The translations under genes were made by a program, and so were the position numbers. 64,000 nucleotides of DNA from Candidatus Bipolaricaulota bacterium (lineage in GTDB: Bacteria > Bipolaricaulota > Bipolaricaulia > UBA7950 > UBA9294). The notes beneath the pieces are model-generated. The model saw nothing but the letters and a program-made list of their open reading frames with translations, was not told the origin of the DNA and made no database searches. Where the stretch lies: positions 15,823 through 79,822 of the forward strand of contig JBFMGK010000015.1 of assembly GCA_040752575.1 (NCBI GenBank), in the 5' to 3' direction. Positions 9,336-19,102 of the stretch are shown here, piece after piece; the first letter of the stretch is position 1; the number at the start of each line of letters is the position of its first letter.

Positions 9336-10655
9336 CTACAGGGTAACGCCCGTGCTGATCGAAGCGCGCGTCAGTCCGTATCGACCGAACGTCGCCTGCA
9401 ACGAGATGGTGCCCGGCGAGAAGCGGAACGTGAACTGCGTCGCCAGGCTTGCGAAGCCGAACCTCGCGCCTCGCTGCGCGAAGGTGATTCCCGTCGAGGC
9501 CGAGAACTGCCCGTGGGATACGTTCAACCGTGTCGACAACCCTGTCAGACCGCGCTCGAGACCCGTGGCACGGATGTCAAACCCACCGTTCAGCGCACCC
9601 AGACTGAACGGCGTGTTGCACCCCATCGAGAGGGAGGTCACCTCGAGCTCGTCGAGTTGGAGTCCGAACTGAATACAGGCAAACGATCCCGACAGGCTCA
9701 GCCCCCTCACCTCGGTCGGCCCGCGGAACAGGGTCATCGACGCCCCCAACCCGATGCCTTCGGCCACCTTGGCCGAGAAACTCAGCGTCGCGGACAGGGT
9801 CTGGGTCGTGGAAACGCTGAACGAAATCCCGATCCGCGGGTCCATGAGAAAGAGCGGCCCGACCGCAAAGTCGCACAGTTCGAAGCCGCCTACGGATCCG
9901 TTCAGGTAGTAGTTGCCGGGATCCACGCGTCCGGCCGCCGAGTATCCCTTGACGACGGTCGCGCCCGGACTGGCATTGAACCCCGCCGAGAGCGAGAGCG
10001 ACAGGCCAAGCTGCGAACTCCACGAAACGTCGAGAATGCCCCCGCACGAGAAGGTCTGGTCGGCAAACTCGTAGAACAGGGGGTCATACGATGCGTTCGG
10101 GTTCGGAAAGCTCGTGTCCAGGATCATGAGCAGGTGCCGGAAGTGGAATCCCCCGACGTCGAACGACGAGGTGAGGCGCGAGGTGACGAAGAAGATGTCG
10201 CCGTAGGGGATGACGATCGCGTTGGGAAGGTTGTTCACGTCGGTGACCGCCTCAAACGGAACGGCCATCCACATCTCGCAGGCGAGCGTGACGTCCTCGA
10301 ACAGCACACCGAGGAGGCGGAACGGCTCGATCCGCAGGTCGCCGGTCGCCACGCCGTGCTCCGGACCGGCCATGTTCGTGGCCGCATCCAAAGCGCCTCC
10401 GATCGCCGAGTCGCGAACGCTCACACGAAGACTCGATGCGATGCCAAACTCCAGCTCGGCAAACTCGCTCGGCGTGTCCAGCACCAGATCGCCCGTGAGC
10501 GAACTAGGGATCCGGCGCGCAACGAAATCCAGGCCGAACTGCCCGGAGATCTGCCCGTGCGCCGCCCCGCCCGCGAGCACCAGGCACGCCATCGCGCAGA
10601 TCATCGCGCGACGCACAGAAGCCCGCCTCGCCTTTCCCCTTGGCCATCCCCCCAT
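9336..10655 (-). CDS. Secreted or outer-membrane protein with a signal peptide, possibly a beta-barrel; gene immediately upstream of the giant repeat protein
   Basis: Its stop lies 10 nt from the giant protein's start on the same strand. There is a signal-like MICAMACLVLAGGAAHG segment (alternative start at 10604). The composition is G/S/T/F/L-rich with alternating hydrophobic stretches and an aromatic C-terminal region. No family was recognised. Confidence 0.55.
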   Translation of the reverse strand: MGGWPRGKARRASVRRAMICAMACLVLAGGAAHGQISGQFGLDFVARRIPSSLTGDLVLDTPSEFAELEFGIASSLRVSVRDSAIGGALDAATNMAGPEHGVATGDLRIEPFRLLGVLFEDVTLACEMWMAVPFEAVTDVNNLPNAIVIPYGDIFFVTSRLTSSFDVGGFHFRHLLMILDTSFPNPNASYDPLFYEFADQTFSCGGILDVSWSSQLGLSLSLSAGFNASPGATVVKGYSAAGRVDPGNYYLNGSVGGFELCDFAVGPLFLMDPRIGISFSVSTTQTLSATLSFSAKVAEGIGLGASMTLFRGPTEVRGLSLSGSFACIQFGLQLDELEVTSLSMGCNTPFSLGALNGGFDIRATGLERGLTGLSTRLNVSHGQFSASTGITFAQRGARFGFASLATQFTFRFSPGTISLQATFGRYGLTRASISTGVTL

Positions 10656-10693
10656 GCCTCTCCCCCCTCGCTGCGCCTGGACAGACGTCCGAC

Positions 10694-10717
10694 GGAAGGG
10701 CCCTCCGGGGCCCTTCC
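10694..10717. other. Perfect 10-bp palindrome/hairpin GGAAGGGCCC-tccg-GGGCCCTTCC
   Basis: Direct read. It sits about 40 nt upstream of the 10655 start of the minus-strand secreted-protein and giant-protein operon. It could be an operator site or an RNA hairpin. Confidence 0.35.
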
Positions 10718-11124
10718 CGGAGACGGGAGGAGCGTGTAAGCTTCAAGGCGAACACAAGAGGGGAGTACCGAAGAGCACGATGTCTTCCCTGGCAGGGGAC
10801 CGCGTTGCGAATCGTGTGCTCCCTTTCTCTTCCCGTCGTCAGCCGCGCGTTCTACACCACCTCGTCCGGCCCGTCCGGCAAACGAAAAAAGCCCGCGGCG
10901 TAAGCCGACGAGCCTCTAGACCACCGACCTCCACCCACTCCCACCACAAGCCCACGGCTTGTCCCCCTTGCTGTACATGCCGCGCCACTGCACATCGCCT
11001 CGCCCCCCTCGGCGAAACGATCGTCCAGAATAGACCCGCAGAGGGTGCTTTGTCAAGAGCAAGTCCGTACATCCTTTTCGAACACACGACGCAAGTTCCC
11101 GCGGGGGAGACTACAATCGCGGAA

Positions 11125-11868
11125 ATGGTCGCCCGTCGCTTGCGCCGATATGAGAAGTCGTCGGAGATCTCCTACGCCGAGGGGGTCTTCGCAACACTCG
11201 AACTTCTGACGGCGCGTCCGGACGATGTCGAGGCGGTGCTCGTGTCGAGCCGCGGCGAGCCCAACGCCGGCGTGAAGAAGATCCGCGAGATCTGCGCAGC
11301 GCGCGGCGTCGGCCTCACGGTCGACGACCGGGCGATGGAACGCCTGTCGCCGCGCGGCAGCCATCTGGCCGTCGGCGTGTTCCGCAAGTACTCGACGGAG
11401 ATCTCGACCGAGGACGATCACGTGGTCCTCGTGGAGCCGGCGGACATGGGGAACCTGGGAACGATCTTTCGCACGATGCTTGGGTTCGGCGTTCGCGACC
11501 TCGCGGTCGTCCGGCCGGCCGCCGACGCTTTCGACCCCCGCGTCATCCGCGCCTCGATGGGCGCACTGTTTCGAGCCTCGTTCTCGTACTTCGACTCGTT
11601 CGGGGACTACGCGCGCCGCTTCCCTCGAAAGGTCTACTCGTTCATGATCGACGGCACGACGCGGGTCGACGACCTTCGCTTTCAGGCGCCGTGTGCCCTT
11701 GTTTTTGGCAACGAGTCGAGCGGCCTCGGCGAGACGTTCCGGGCGCTCGGCGAAAGCGTGCGGATCGGCCAGACCGAGGCGGTCGACTCGCTGAGCCTCC
11801 CGGTTGCCGTGGCCGTCGCCCTCTACGAGCGTGCACGGCGCGGCGTGGGGGCTCCCGGTGGGCCATGA
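11125..11868 (+). CDS. TrmH/SpoU-family RNA 2'-O-methyltransferase
   Basis: A 247-aa frame at the C-terminal end of the 10210..11868 ORF. The SpoU methylase motifs VLVEPADMGNLGTIFR and LVFGNESSGL are present. Confidence 0.75.
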   Translation: MVARRLRRYEKSSEISYAEGVFATLELLTARPDDVEAVLVSSRGEPNAGVKKIREICAARGVGLTVDDRAMERLSPRGSHLAVGVFRKYSTEISTEDDHVVLVEPADMGNLGTIFRTMLGFGVRDLAVVRPAADAFDPRVIRASMGALFRASFSYFDSFGDYARRFPRKVYSFMIDGTTRVDDLRFQAPCALVFGNESSGLGETFRALGESVRIGQTEAVDSLSLPVAVAVALYERARRGVGAPGGP

Positions 11869-12644
11869 TGTCGAGCCCGCGGAATGTCCCGCCTCACACG
11901 GTGCGCGTGAGTCGTCGCGCGCGCCACGTTCACCTCCGCTTCTCGGTACGCGCCGGCCTCGAGGTCGTCATCCCCATGGATTTCGATCCGAGCGAGATCC
12001 CAGATCTCCTGACAGCAAGAGCGGAGTGGATTGCCGACGCCGCGAGGCAGATCGAGGCCCAGCGCGCGCTCGCCGACCCCTCTCCGGCGGACCGTCTTCC
12101 CGCGCAGGTCAGCCTGCGGGCTCTCGGAGAGACGTGGAACGTCGAGCTCCGGCCGTCGAAGGCAACGCGCTTGACACTTCGTGAAGCGGCGGAGCATCGC
12201 CTCATCGTCTCGGGACCTCTGCACGAGGACGCTCGCTGGCGGCGCGCGCTCAAACGTTGGGTCGCGCGCCGCGCCCGCCTGGAGCTGGCAAGGTGGGCTG
12301 AGCGCGAGGCTGAGACGCACGGTCTGCCGCGGGTCGACCTGGCCGTCCGCTGGCAACGCGCGCGCTGGGGAAGCTGCTCACGGCGCTCCGGATCGCAGCG
12401 GCCGACTCTGTCCCTCAATGCCGGACTGCTTTTCCTCCCGCCCCATCTAGCCCGTTACGTGATCCTCCACGAGCTTTGCCACACGCAACGCATGGATCAC
12501 TCCCCTGCCTTCTGGAATGCGCTTCAGCGGGTCGAGCCTGCCGCGCCAGCGCTGCGCGAGGAACTCCACGGGGCCTGGCCCTACATCCCTTCGTGGGTGG
12601 ATCCGCCGGCGCCGCCAGTTGACGCGGACGTCGATCGCCCGTAG
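11865..12644 (+). CDS. M48-family (YgjP/DUF45-type) zinc metallopeptidase
   Basis: An HExxH motif is embedded in YVILHELCHTQRMDHSPAFW, which is typical of YgjP-like peptidases. The start overlaps the trmH stop by 4 nt. Confidence 0.7.
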   Translation: MMSSPRNVPPHTVRVSRRARHVHLRFSVRAGLEVVIPMDFDPSEIPDLLTARAEWIADAARQIEAQRALADPSPADRLPAQVSLRALGETWNVELRPSKATRLTLREAAEHRLIVSGPLHEDARWRRALKRWVARRARLELARWAEREAETHGLPRVDLAVRWQRARWGSCSRRSGSQRPTLSLNAGLLFLPPHLARYVILHELCHTQRMDHSPAFWNALQRVEPAAPALREELHGAWPYIPSWVDPPAPPVDADVDRP

Positions 12645-12693
12645 GCTTCGCCGGCTGCGCGACCTGCCGCGGCCGAGCACGAAGGGGGCGCAG

Positions 12694-13185
12694 ATGAAGG
12701 CGTTGGTAGTCTACTACTCGAAGTCCGGCACGACGCGTCGCGTCGCGGAAGAGATCGCACGAGCTCTCGGCGCGGACCTGGAGGAGATCGTCGAAGTCGG
12801 AACGCAACGAAGCGGCCTTGTGGGCTATCTGCGGGCCGGTCGAGATGCCATGCGGGAGAGAGCGAGCCAGATTCGACCCGCGACGAAGCGCCCGGCCGAC
12901 TACGACGTCGTCTTCGTCGGCTCGCCAGTGTGGGGATGGAATCTTGCTCCCGCGGTGCGGTCGTACCTCGCAGCGGCGAACCTCGAAGGCAAGCCCGTCG
13001 CCCTCTTCTGCACCATGGCTTCCAGCGGCGACCGGCGGACGTTCTCGGCGATGCGAAGCCTGGCTCGCGGATCCGAATCCCTTGGCGAACTGGCCGTCGC
13101 GGCCTCGGAACTCAAGTCGCCCGACACCCTGGCTCAGCGCGTCGCGGTATGGGCTCGCGAGATGGCCGCCGGCGCACGCCGGTAG
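12694..13185 (+). CDS. Flavodoxin-family protein
   Basis: The flavodoxin-like N-terminus MKALVVYYSKSGTTRRVAEEIA and the FVGSPVWGWN motif are present. The frame is 163 aa. Confidence 0.7.
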   Translation: MKALVVYYSKSGTTRRVAEEIARALGADLEEIVEVGTQRSGLVGYLRAGRDAMRERASQIRPATKRPADYDVVFVGSPVWGWNLAPAVRSYLAAANLEGKPVALFCTMASSGDRRTFSAMRSLARGSESLGELAVAASELKSPDTLAQRVAVWAREMAAGARR

Positions 13186-13228
13186 GGGCCGAGGCCCATC
13201 CTGAGGCCCCGGCCCTCTTTCACCTCCG

Positions 13229-14185
13229 TCAGGGTCGGCCGTCGAGGTACTTCAGCCAACTCGCGACGCTCTTGCCTTCCTGGCCGAACATCCCCGCATA
13301 GAGCGGCTCGGCGGGTGGATTGGACGCACCGCCGCCGCCGACCGTGGCGTACAGCGCTCCGAGTTCCTTCGCGCGCCGCATGCCCTCGGCGATCACAGCC
13401 TTCGCCAGACCGCGGCGCTGGTGCTCGGGCATCGTGCCGACCGGTTCGTAGTACGTCGTGCGCGTCACGTCGTCGTACCACACCGTGGCGAACGACGCGA
13501 TCTCGCCCGACGGCGCCTCGGCGACGAGGTCGAGGTCACGCCGATACATGGGCGCACGCATGGCGTTGCGCAGCCAGGTCCAGCCGCCGTACTTCTCGTC
13601 GGGGTCGTCGGGGTGAAACGCCCGCCAACTCGCCCAGCTCCGCCGCTTGAGATCGTCCTCCTCGTCGCGCATCGCGCGAACGGCGTATCCGGCGGGAACG
13701 GGCGCATCAGGTATCGGGAGCGCGAGATCGCGTTTCCGCTGGATCTCCTGAAAGTCGGCCCGCCGCACGTGGCCGCGCCGCGCCAGGAGGTCGGTCCGCA
13801 TGGCGTCTCGATCCTCGGCGGACACGTTGATGAATGGGCGTCCAGACGAAGCTCCGATCCCGACGAGCTCACGCTCCGCCACGTCGAGCATCTCCTCCTC
13901 GAGCGCTTGCGCTCGAAATCGGGGATCCACTTGAAGGAAGACGTGCCCGCGGCCCTCGGAGTTGAGCACCGCCGCGAGTTCGCCGCCCGCGGTCTTCCAC
14001 AGGAAGACGTCGGTCTCGAGCTTGCCGTGCCCGCAGTTCGCAATCCCGTGCCAGCGCCACCAGTCAAGTCGCGCCGCCGGCCACGAGTGCTCGCTCCGAT
14101 CGTTCCGCAGGTACACGTCGCGCAAGAACTGCCGGATTCGCCAGTAGTCCTCTTCGTCCCGATAGGGACGCATCGTCAGCTTCAT
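13229..14185 (-). CDS. Two-domain GNAT N-acetyltransferase (MshD/mycothiol-synthase-like architecture)
   Basis: A 318-aa protein with two acetyl-CoA-binding motifs (QRRGLAKAV..A and a second GNAT region). Confidence 0.65.
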   Translation of the reverse strand: MKLTMRPYRDEEDYWRIRQFLRDVYLRNDRSEHSWPAARLDWWRWHGIANCGHGKLETDVFLWKTAGGELAAVLNSEGRGHVFLQVDPRFRAQALEEEMLDVAERELVGIGASSGRPFINVSAEDRDAMRTDLLARRGHVRRADFQEIQRKRDLALPIPDAPVPAGYAVRAMRDEEDDLKRRSWASWRAFHPDDPDEKYGGWTWLRNAMRAPMYRRDLDLVAEAPSGEIASFATVWYDDVTRTTYYEPVGTMPEHQRRGLAKAVIAEGMRRAKELGALYATVGGGGASNPPAEPLYAGMFGQEGKSVASWLKYLDGRP

Positions 14186-14591
14186 CGTCCATCCTCTCCT
14201 CGTGTCGTGTCGCTTTCTGGAACTCGCGTCGCGCGAGCTTCAGCACCAGGTTCACTGCAAGCGGAAAGGAGAGAGCTGCGCAAGATGCCTTCGAATGAGG
14301 CCCCCGAAGGGAGCCAGAGTCCGTGGGATCAAACCCCATGCAGTCGGGTCACAGTCTTCCGATCCGCACTACCGCGCAACCGTCTGCACTTGAGTTCGTC
14401 TCCCCTTCCTTGCCCTGCCAGAGGCAAGGTCCTCGTCGTCTCTGCGGCGAGGGCTGCGGCAGATCTGCCGAGAGTCGGCTCCGCGAGCTGACGAAGTATC
14501 CAAGGGAGGTTCGCTGGCGTCAAGCGGTACGGACCGCGTTGCCTCGAGATGCCCGCGGCGGGATCGCCCCGGAACATGTACCCTTCGCCGC

Positions 14592-15212
14592 ATGAGGGTC
14601 TTCTCGTTCGTCGCTGTTGTCAGCCTGAATGCGTTCATCCTCGTGCGCTATGTCTGGCTCATCCGCCGAAGAGAGATTCAGCCGGCGCTCGCGATGTGGG
14701 TGTTCTTCACGATCGCCGTCGTCGGCAGCTTCGTCACGTACCTCTCCGAGGGCGCGTTCAGCCCGCTCGACAACATCCTCAACACCTCGGACATCGCACT
14801 CGTGGGTCTGGTGTCGCTCGCGATCTGGATCTGGGGAGGCCGCGCCTCGCGGTTCACGCGATTCGACCTCGGCTGCCTGGGAGCGGTCGCGTTGATCCTC
14901 GTCTTCTGGGGCTTCACGCGCGAACACGCCGCGGCCCACCTCGCGATTCAGGCGATTCTCGTGGTCGCGTACTTCCCGGTGGTCAAGAGAATCTGGACCG
15001 CCAATCGGAACACCGAGTCGTTTGCGGCGTGGATCGGCATGCTCCTCGCCGCCGGGCTGTCGCTCTTTTCGAGCAGCGGCTGGCTCGCGACCGTGTACGC
15101 CGTGCGAGCGGTTGTCTGCACCGGGTCGCTTCTGATTCTGATGCTGCGGGCCCGTGGGCGGGAGCGTCGCACGTTTCTGCCTGCGACGCACGCCATCACC
15201 CCCGAGCGATGA
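14592..15212 (+). CDS. Hypothetical integral membrane protein (about 6 transmembrane segments)
   Basis: A 206-aa protein with multiple hydrophobic helices (VAVVSLNAFILV, VFFTIAVVGSFV, VGLVSLAIWIWG, AILVVAYFPV, IGMLLAAGLSLF). No family recognised. Confidence 0.5.
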   Translation: MRVFSFVAVVSLNAFILVRYVWLIRRREIQPALAMWVFFTIAVVGSFVTYLSEGAFSPLDNILNTSDIALVGLVSLAIWIWGGRASRFTRFDLGCLGAVALILVFWGFTREHAAAHLAIQAILVVAYFPVVKRIWTANRNTESFAAWIGMLLAAGLSLFSSSGWLATVYAVRAVVCTGSLLILMLRARGRERRTFLPATHAITPER

Positions 15213-16200
15213 TGTCCCGCCCGGGACGCAGCTCCTTCTCGTAGGCAAGCTGGGTGCGGAACGCCGCAAACCCGGCGCGCTCGTAGAGGCGCAGCGCGCC
15301 GCTCTGGTTTCCGCTGTCGACCATCAGTTCGGCCGATGTGCATCCCTTCTCACGAAGCTTGCCGAGTGTTTCATGCAACAGCGCCGAGCCGAGGCCGCGC
15401 CGGCGCCAGGCCGGACGCACCGCAAGGCTCGCCACGACGCCGCGGGATCGATCGAGCGGCAGGTGCCAGCGCCCGAGGGAGTACCCGGCAACGTCGTCGC
15501 CGGCCCAGGCGAGCGTGGACATCGCCGGATCGATGCCCTCGGCGTGCGTGCGCAACCAGCCACGCCACATCTCCTCTTCCTCCTCGACCGGCAACGGCAC
15601 GTGACCCCAATGGTCGCGGAACGCCTCGCGGCTCGCCGCGGCCAGCGGGCGTAGGTGGCATTCTGGATCCAGCGACGTCAACACCAAGCCCTCGGGCCAG
15701 ACGGGCGCCTTGGGCGCAGCGGCGAGATCCGCCCGCATCCGGCGCATGGCGCGGACTGACGCGTACCCGAGCCGCTCGTAGGCATTCTGCCGCTCTACGT
15801 CCCGCTCGACCGCCCAGAGCGTGAGACAGGTACGCAGTCCCTCCTCTGCCGCGCTCGTCACCTCGCGCGCACGCTCCTCGACCCACTCCAGCAGGAGCCC
15901 CCATGTCACGGGCTCTGCAGAAGACTCGAGAGCGACGCTCACCCACCCTGTGACGTTGACGTACGGCTCCCCAGGCATCTCCAGCCCGGCCCAGCCGCGG
16001 ACGCACCCCTCGCCATCGACAAGCGCGCAGAGATCACGATCCGGAGTGACCCTCGGGTTCTCCCATTCCGCCGCCAGTCCCGATTCGGTCACCGCGTCCT
16101 CTCCGGTGAAGCGGCGATACCGGGAGTTGACGAGGTCGACCAGGACAGGCACGTCCTCGATCCGAGCTGGGCGCAGCAGCCATCGTGAGGCACGAGACAT
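15196..16200 (-). CDS. Two-domain GNAT N-acetyltransferase (MshD-like)
   Basis: A 334-aa protein with tandem GNAT domains. The second has the canonical RRRGLGSALL..ELMVDSGNQSGALRLYERAGF motif. Confidence 0.7.
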   Translation of the reverse strand: MSRASRWLLRPARIEDVPVLVDLVNSRYRRFTGEDAVTESGLAAEWENPRVTPDRDLCALVDGEGCVRGWAGLEMPGEPYVNVTGWVSVALESSAEPVTWGLLLEWVEERAREVTSAAEEGLRTCLTLWAVERDVERQNAYERLGYASVRAMRRMRADLAAAPKAPVWPEGLVLTSLDPECHLRPLAAASREAFRDHWGHVPLPVEEEEEMWRGWLRTHAEGIDPAMSTLAWAGDDVAGYSLGRWHLPLDRSRGVVASLAVRPAWRRRGLGSALLHETLGKLREKGCTSAELMVDSGNQSGALRLYERAGFAAFRTQLAYEKELRPGRDIIARG

Positions 16201-16329
16201 GGTGGGGCTCCCTTCTCAAGTCCAGACGAGACACTGCGCGTAGCGTACCGGCGGGGAATGGGACGCGCAACACAGAGGAGACGGACGGCATCTACGCTGA
16301 TGCACCTTGCGAAATCTAGGGGAGGAACG

Positions 16330-16485
16330 ATGAAGATGCTCCTGCGCAGTCTCCATATCGTGCTCGGCGTCCTCGGAGCTGCACGTCGCGCCTTCGGCAT
16401 GCCCGCTCTCAATCACATGTCGATCGGCTCCCGCTGCGGCGGCTGCCGATATGAAGGACCCTTCGTCGGCGAGTCCGACGACTGA
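16330..16485 (+). CDS. Hypothetical small protein (51 aa) with a hydrophobic N-terminus and CGGC motif
   Basis: A GGAGG sequence sits 4 nt before the ATG (GGGGAGGAACG-ATG). The sequence is MKMLLRSLHIVLGVLGAARRAFG...SRCGGCRYEGPF. It lies 60 nt upstream of the Cys-rich DUF3795 gene. Chance cannot be excluded. Confidence 0.25.
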   Translation: MKMLLRSLHIVLGVLGAARRAFGMPALNHMSIGSRCGGCRYEGPFVGESDD

Positions 16486-16546
16486 CCCCGCCTCTGGGGA
16501 CGTGCCGGGCGGCGAGGTACTCTCTCGCTTCGCGAAGGAGGTTCCG

Positions 16547-16900
16547 ATGGAGAAGATGGTGGCGTACTGCGGGATCGTCTGCACGGACTGCGAAGCCTAC
16601 CTCGCCACGCAGAAGGACGATCGTCTGGCGCTCGAGGAGCTGGCGCGGAAGGCCAAGGCCGACTTCGGCGTGGAGACCACGGCCGACGGATGCCGCTGTG
16701 ACGGTTGTCTGCCCGAACGAGGAGCCAAGATCGGGTACTGCGCAACGTGTGAGATCCGCGCCTGTGCTGTCGCGAGAAGGCTGGAAAACTGCGCCCACTG
16801 CGCCGATTACGCATGCGAGAAGCTCACGGCGTTCTTCCAGATGGCGAAGAAGGCGAAGCCCGTTCTCGACGCGATCCACGTCTCGCTCTCGTCGCGCTAG
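16547..16900 (+). CDS. DUF3795-family cysteine-rich protein
   Basis: The YCGIVCTDCEAY ... CDGC ... CATCEIRAC ... CAHCADYAC pattern is characteristic of DUF3795. Confidence 0.65.
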   Translation: MEKMVAYCGIVCTDCEAYLATQKDDRLALEELARKAKADFGVETTADGCRCDGCLPERGAKIGYCATCEIRACAVARRLENCAHCADYACEKLTAFFQMAKKAKPVLDAIHVSLSSR

Positions 16901-17016
16901 CGACGGCCGGCCCCTCTTCCCCCGATCGAGGCCGCGCGCAGCCGGGCTCGGGTCGGCGTCGCCCGTCCGCGGGTTCCGGCTTTCGCATCCTGATATGCTG
17001 CGTGTATACTTGTGCC

Positions 17017-17637
17017 ATGGTCTGTGACGTCTACGGCCAACTCAAGCGGCGGATTCTCCTCGCGGAATATCGCCCAGGGCAATCGCTGCACGAGCAGGAG
17101 CTGGCACAGGAGTTCGGCGTCAGTCGCACGCCGATACGCGAAGCGTTCATTCGCCTTCAGGCGGAGGGATGGGTCGTGATGGCCAAAGGCCGCGGGGTCC
17201 GCGTCAGCGAGCCAAGCGTACGCGAGCTGAAGGAGGCCTGCGAGCTGCGCCATCAACTCGACGGGTTCGTCGGGAAGCTCGTTCCCGAGCGCGTCACGCC
17301 CGAGGAGCTTGCCGGCATGAAGGCGCTTCTCCAACGAATGAGAAGCGAGACGGAGGCCGCCGAGCTGCGCGCGCTCGACCTCGCATTCCACGAAGCGATG
17401 GACCGCGCGACGCACAACGAACTCCTGAGACAGACCCTCGAAGGACTCCGGCAGCGCATGACGCGCGTCTGGGACCTCGCGGTCCCTGCGGGCCAGGACC
17501 GCTATTTCGCAGGGATCGCCGACGAGTTCACCGCCTTGGTCAAGGCCATCGAGCGAAAGGACGGCGAGGAGTGCACGCGCATCCTGCGCGCGCACCTCGC
17601 ACGCTATATCGATCAGATCATCGCCATCCGCGGCTAG
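17017..17637 (+). CDS. GntR-family transcriptional regulator (FadR/FCD ligand-binding subtype)
   Basis: An N-terminal winged-HTH (SLHEQELAQEFGVSRTPIREAFIRLQAEGWV) and a helical FCD C-terminal domain. It lies directly upstream of the lyase gene. Confidence 0.8.
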   Translation: MVCDVYGQLKRRILLAEYRPGQSLHEQELAQEFGVSRTPIREAFIRLQAEGWVVMAKGRGVRVSEPSVRELKEACELRHQLDGFVGKLVPERVTPEELAGMKALLQRMRSETEAAELRALDLAFHEAMDRATHNELLRQTLEGLRQRMTRVWDLAVPAGQDRYFAGIADEFTALVKAIERKDGEECTRILRAHLARYIDQIIAIRG

Positions 17638-19056
<1,419 letters not shown>

Positions 19057-19102
19057 CGACGTGGAGCGGGTTCGATGTCGAGCTCGCTCCACCTCTGCGG
19101 CT

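Noticed and set aside
10840-10905. A GCCGCGGGC-TTTTTT terminator-like element (minus-strand sense) in the 470-bp region between the secreted-protein operon and trmH
   Set aside because: No minus-strand gene ends upstream of it; it lies inside a presumably noncoding divergent promoter region. The stem is short and imperfect, so the evidence is insufficient.
14290-14345. A tRNA-like T-arm (TGGGATCAAACCCCA) in the GNAT/membrane-protein intergenic region
   Set aside because: The loop ATCAAAC deviates from the TTCRANT consensus, and there is no acceptor stem, CCA context or D/anticodon arms around it. No tRNA was called.
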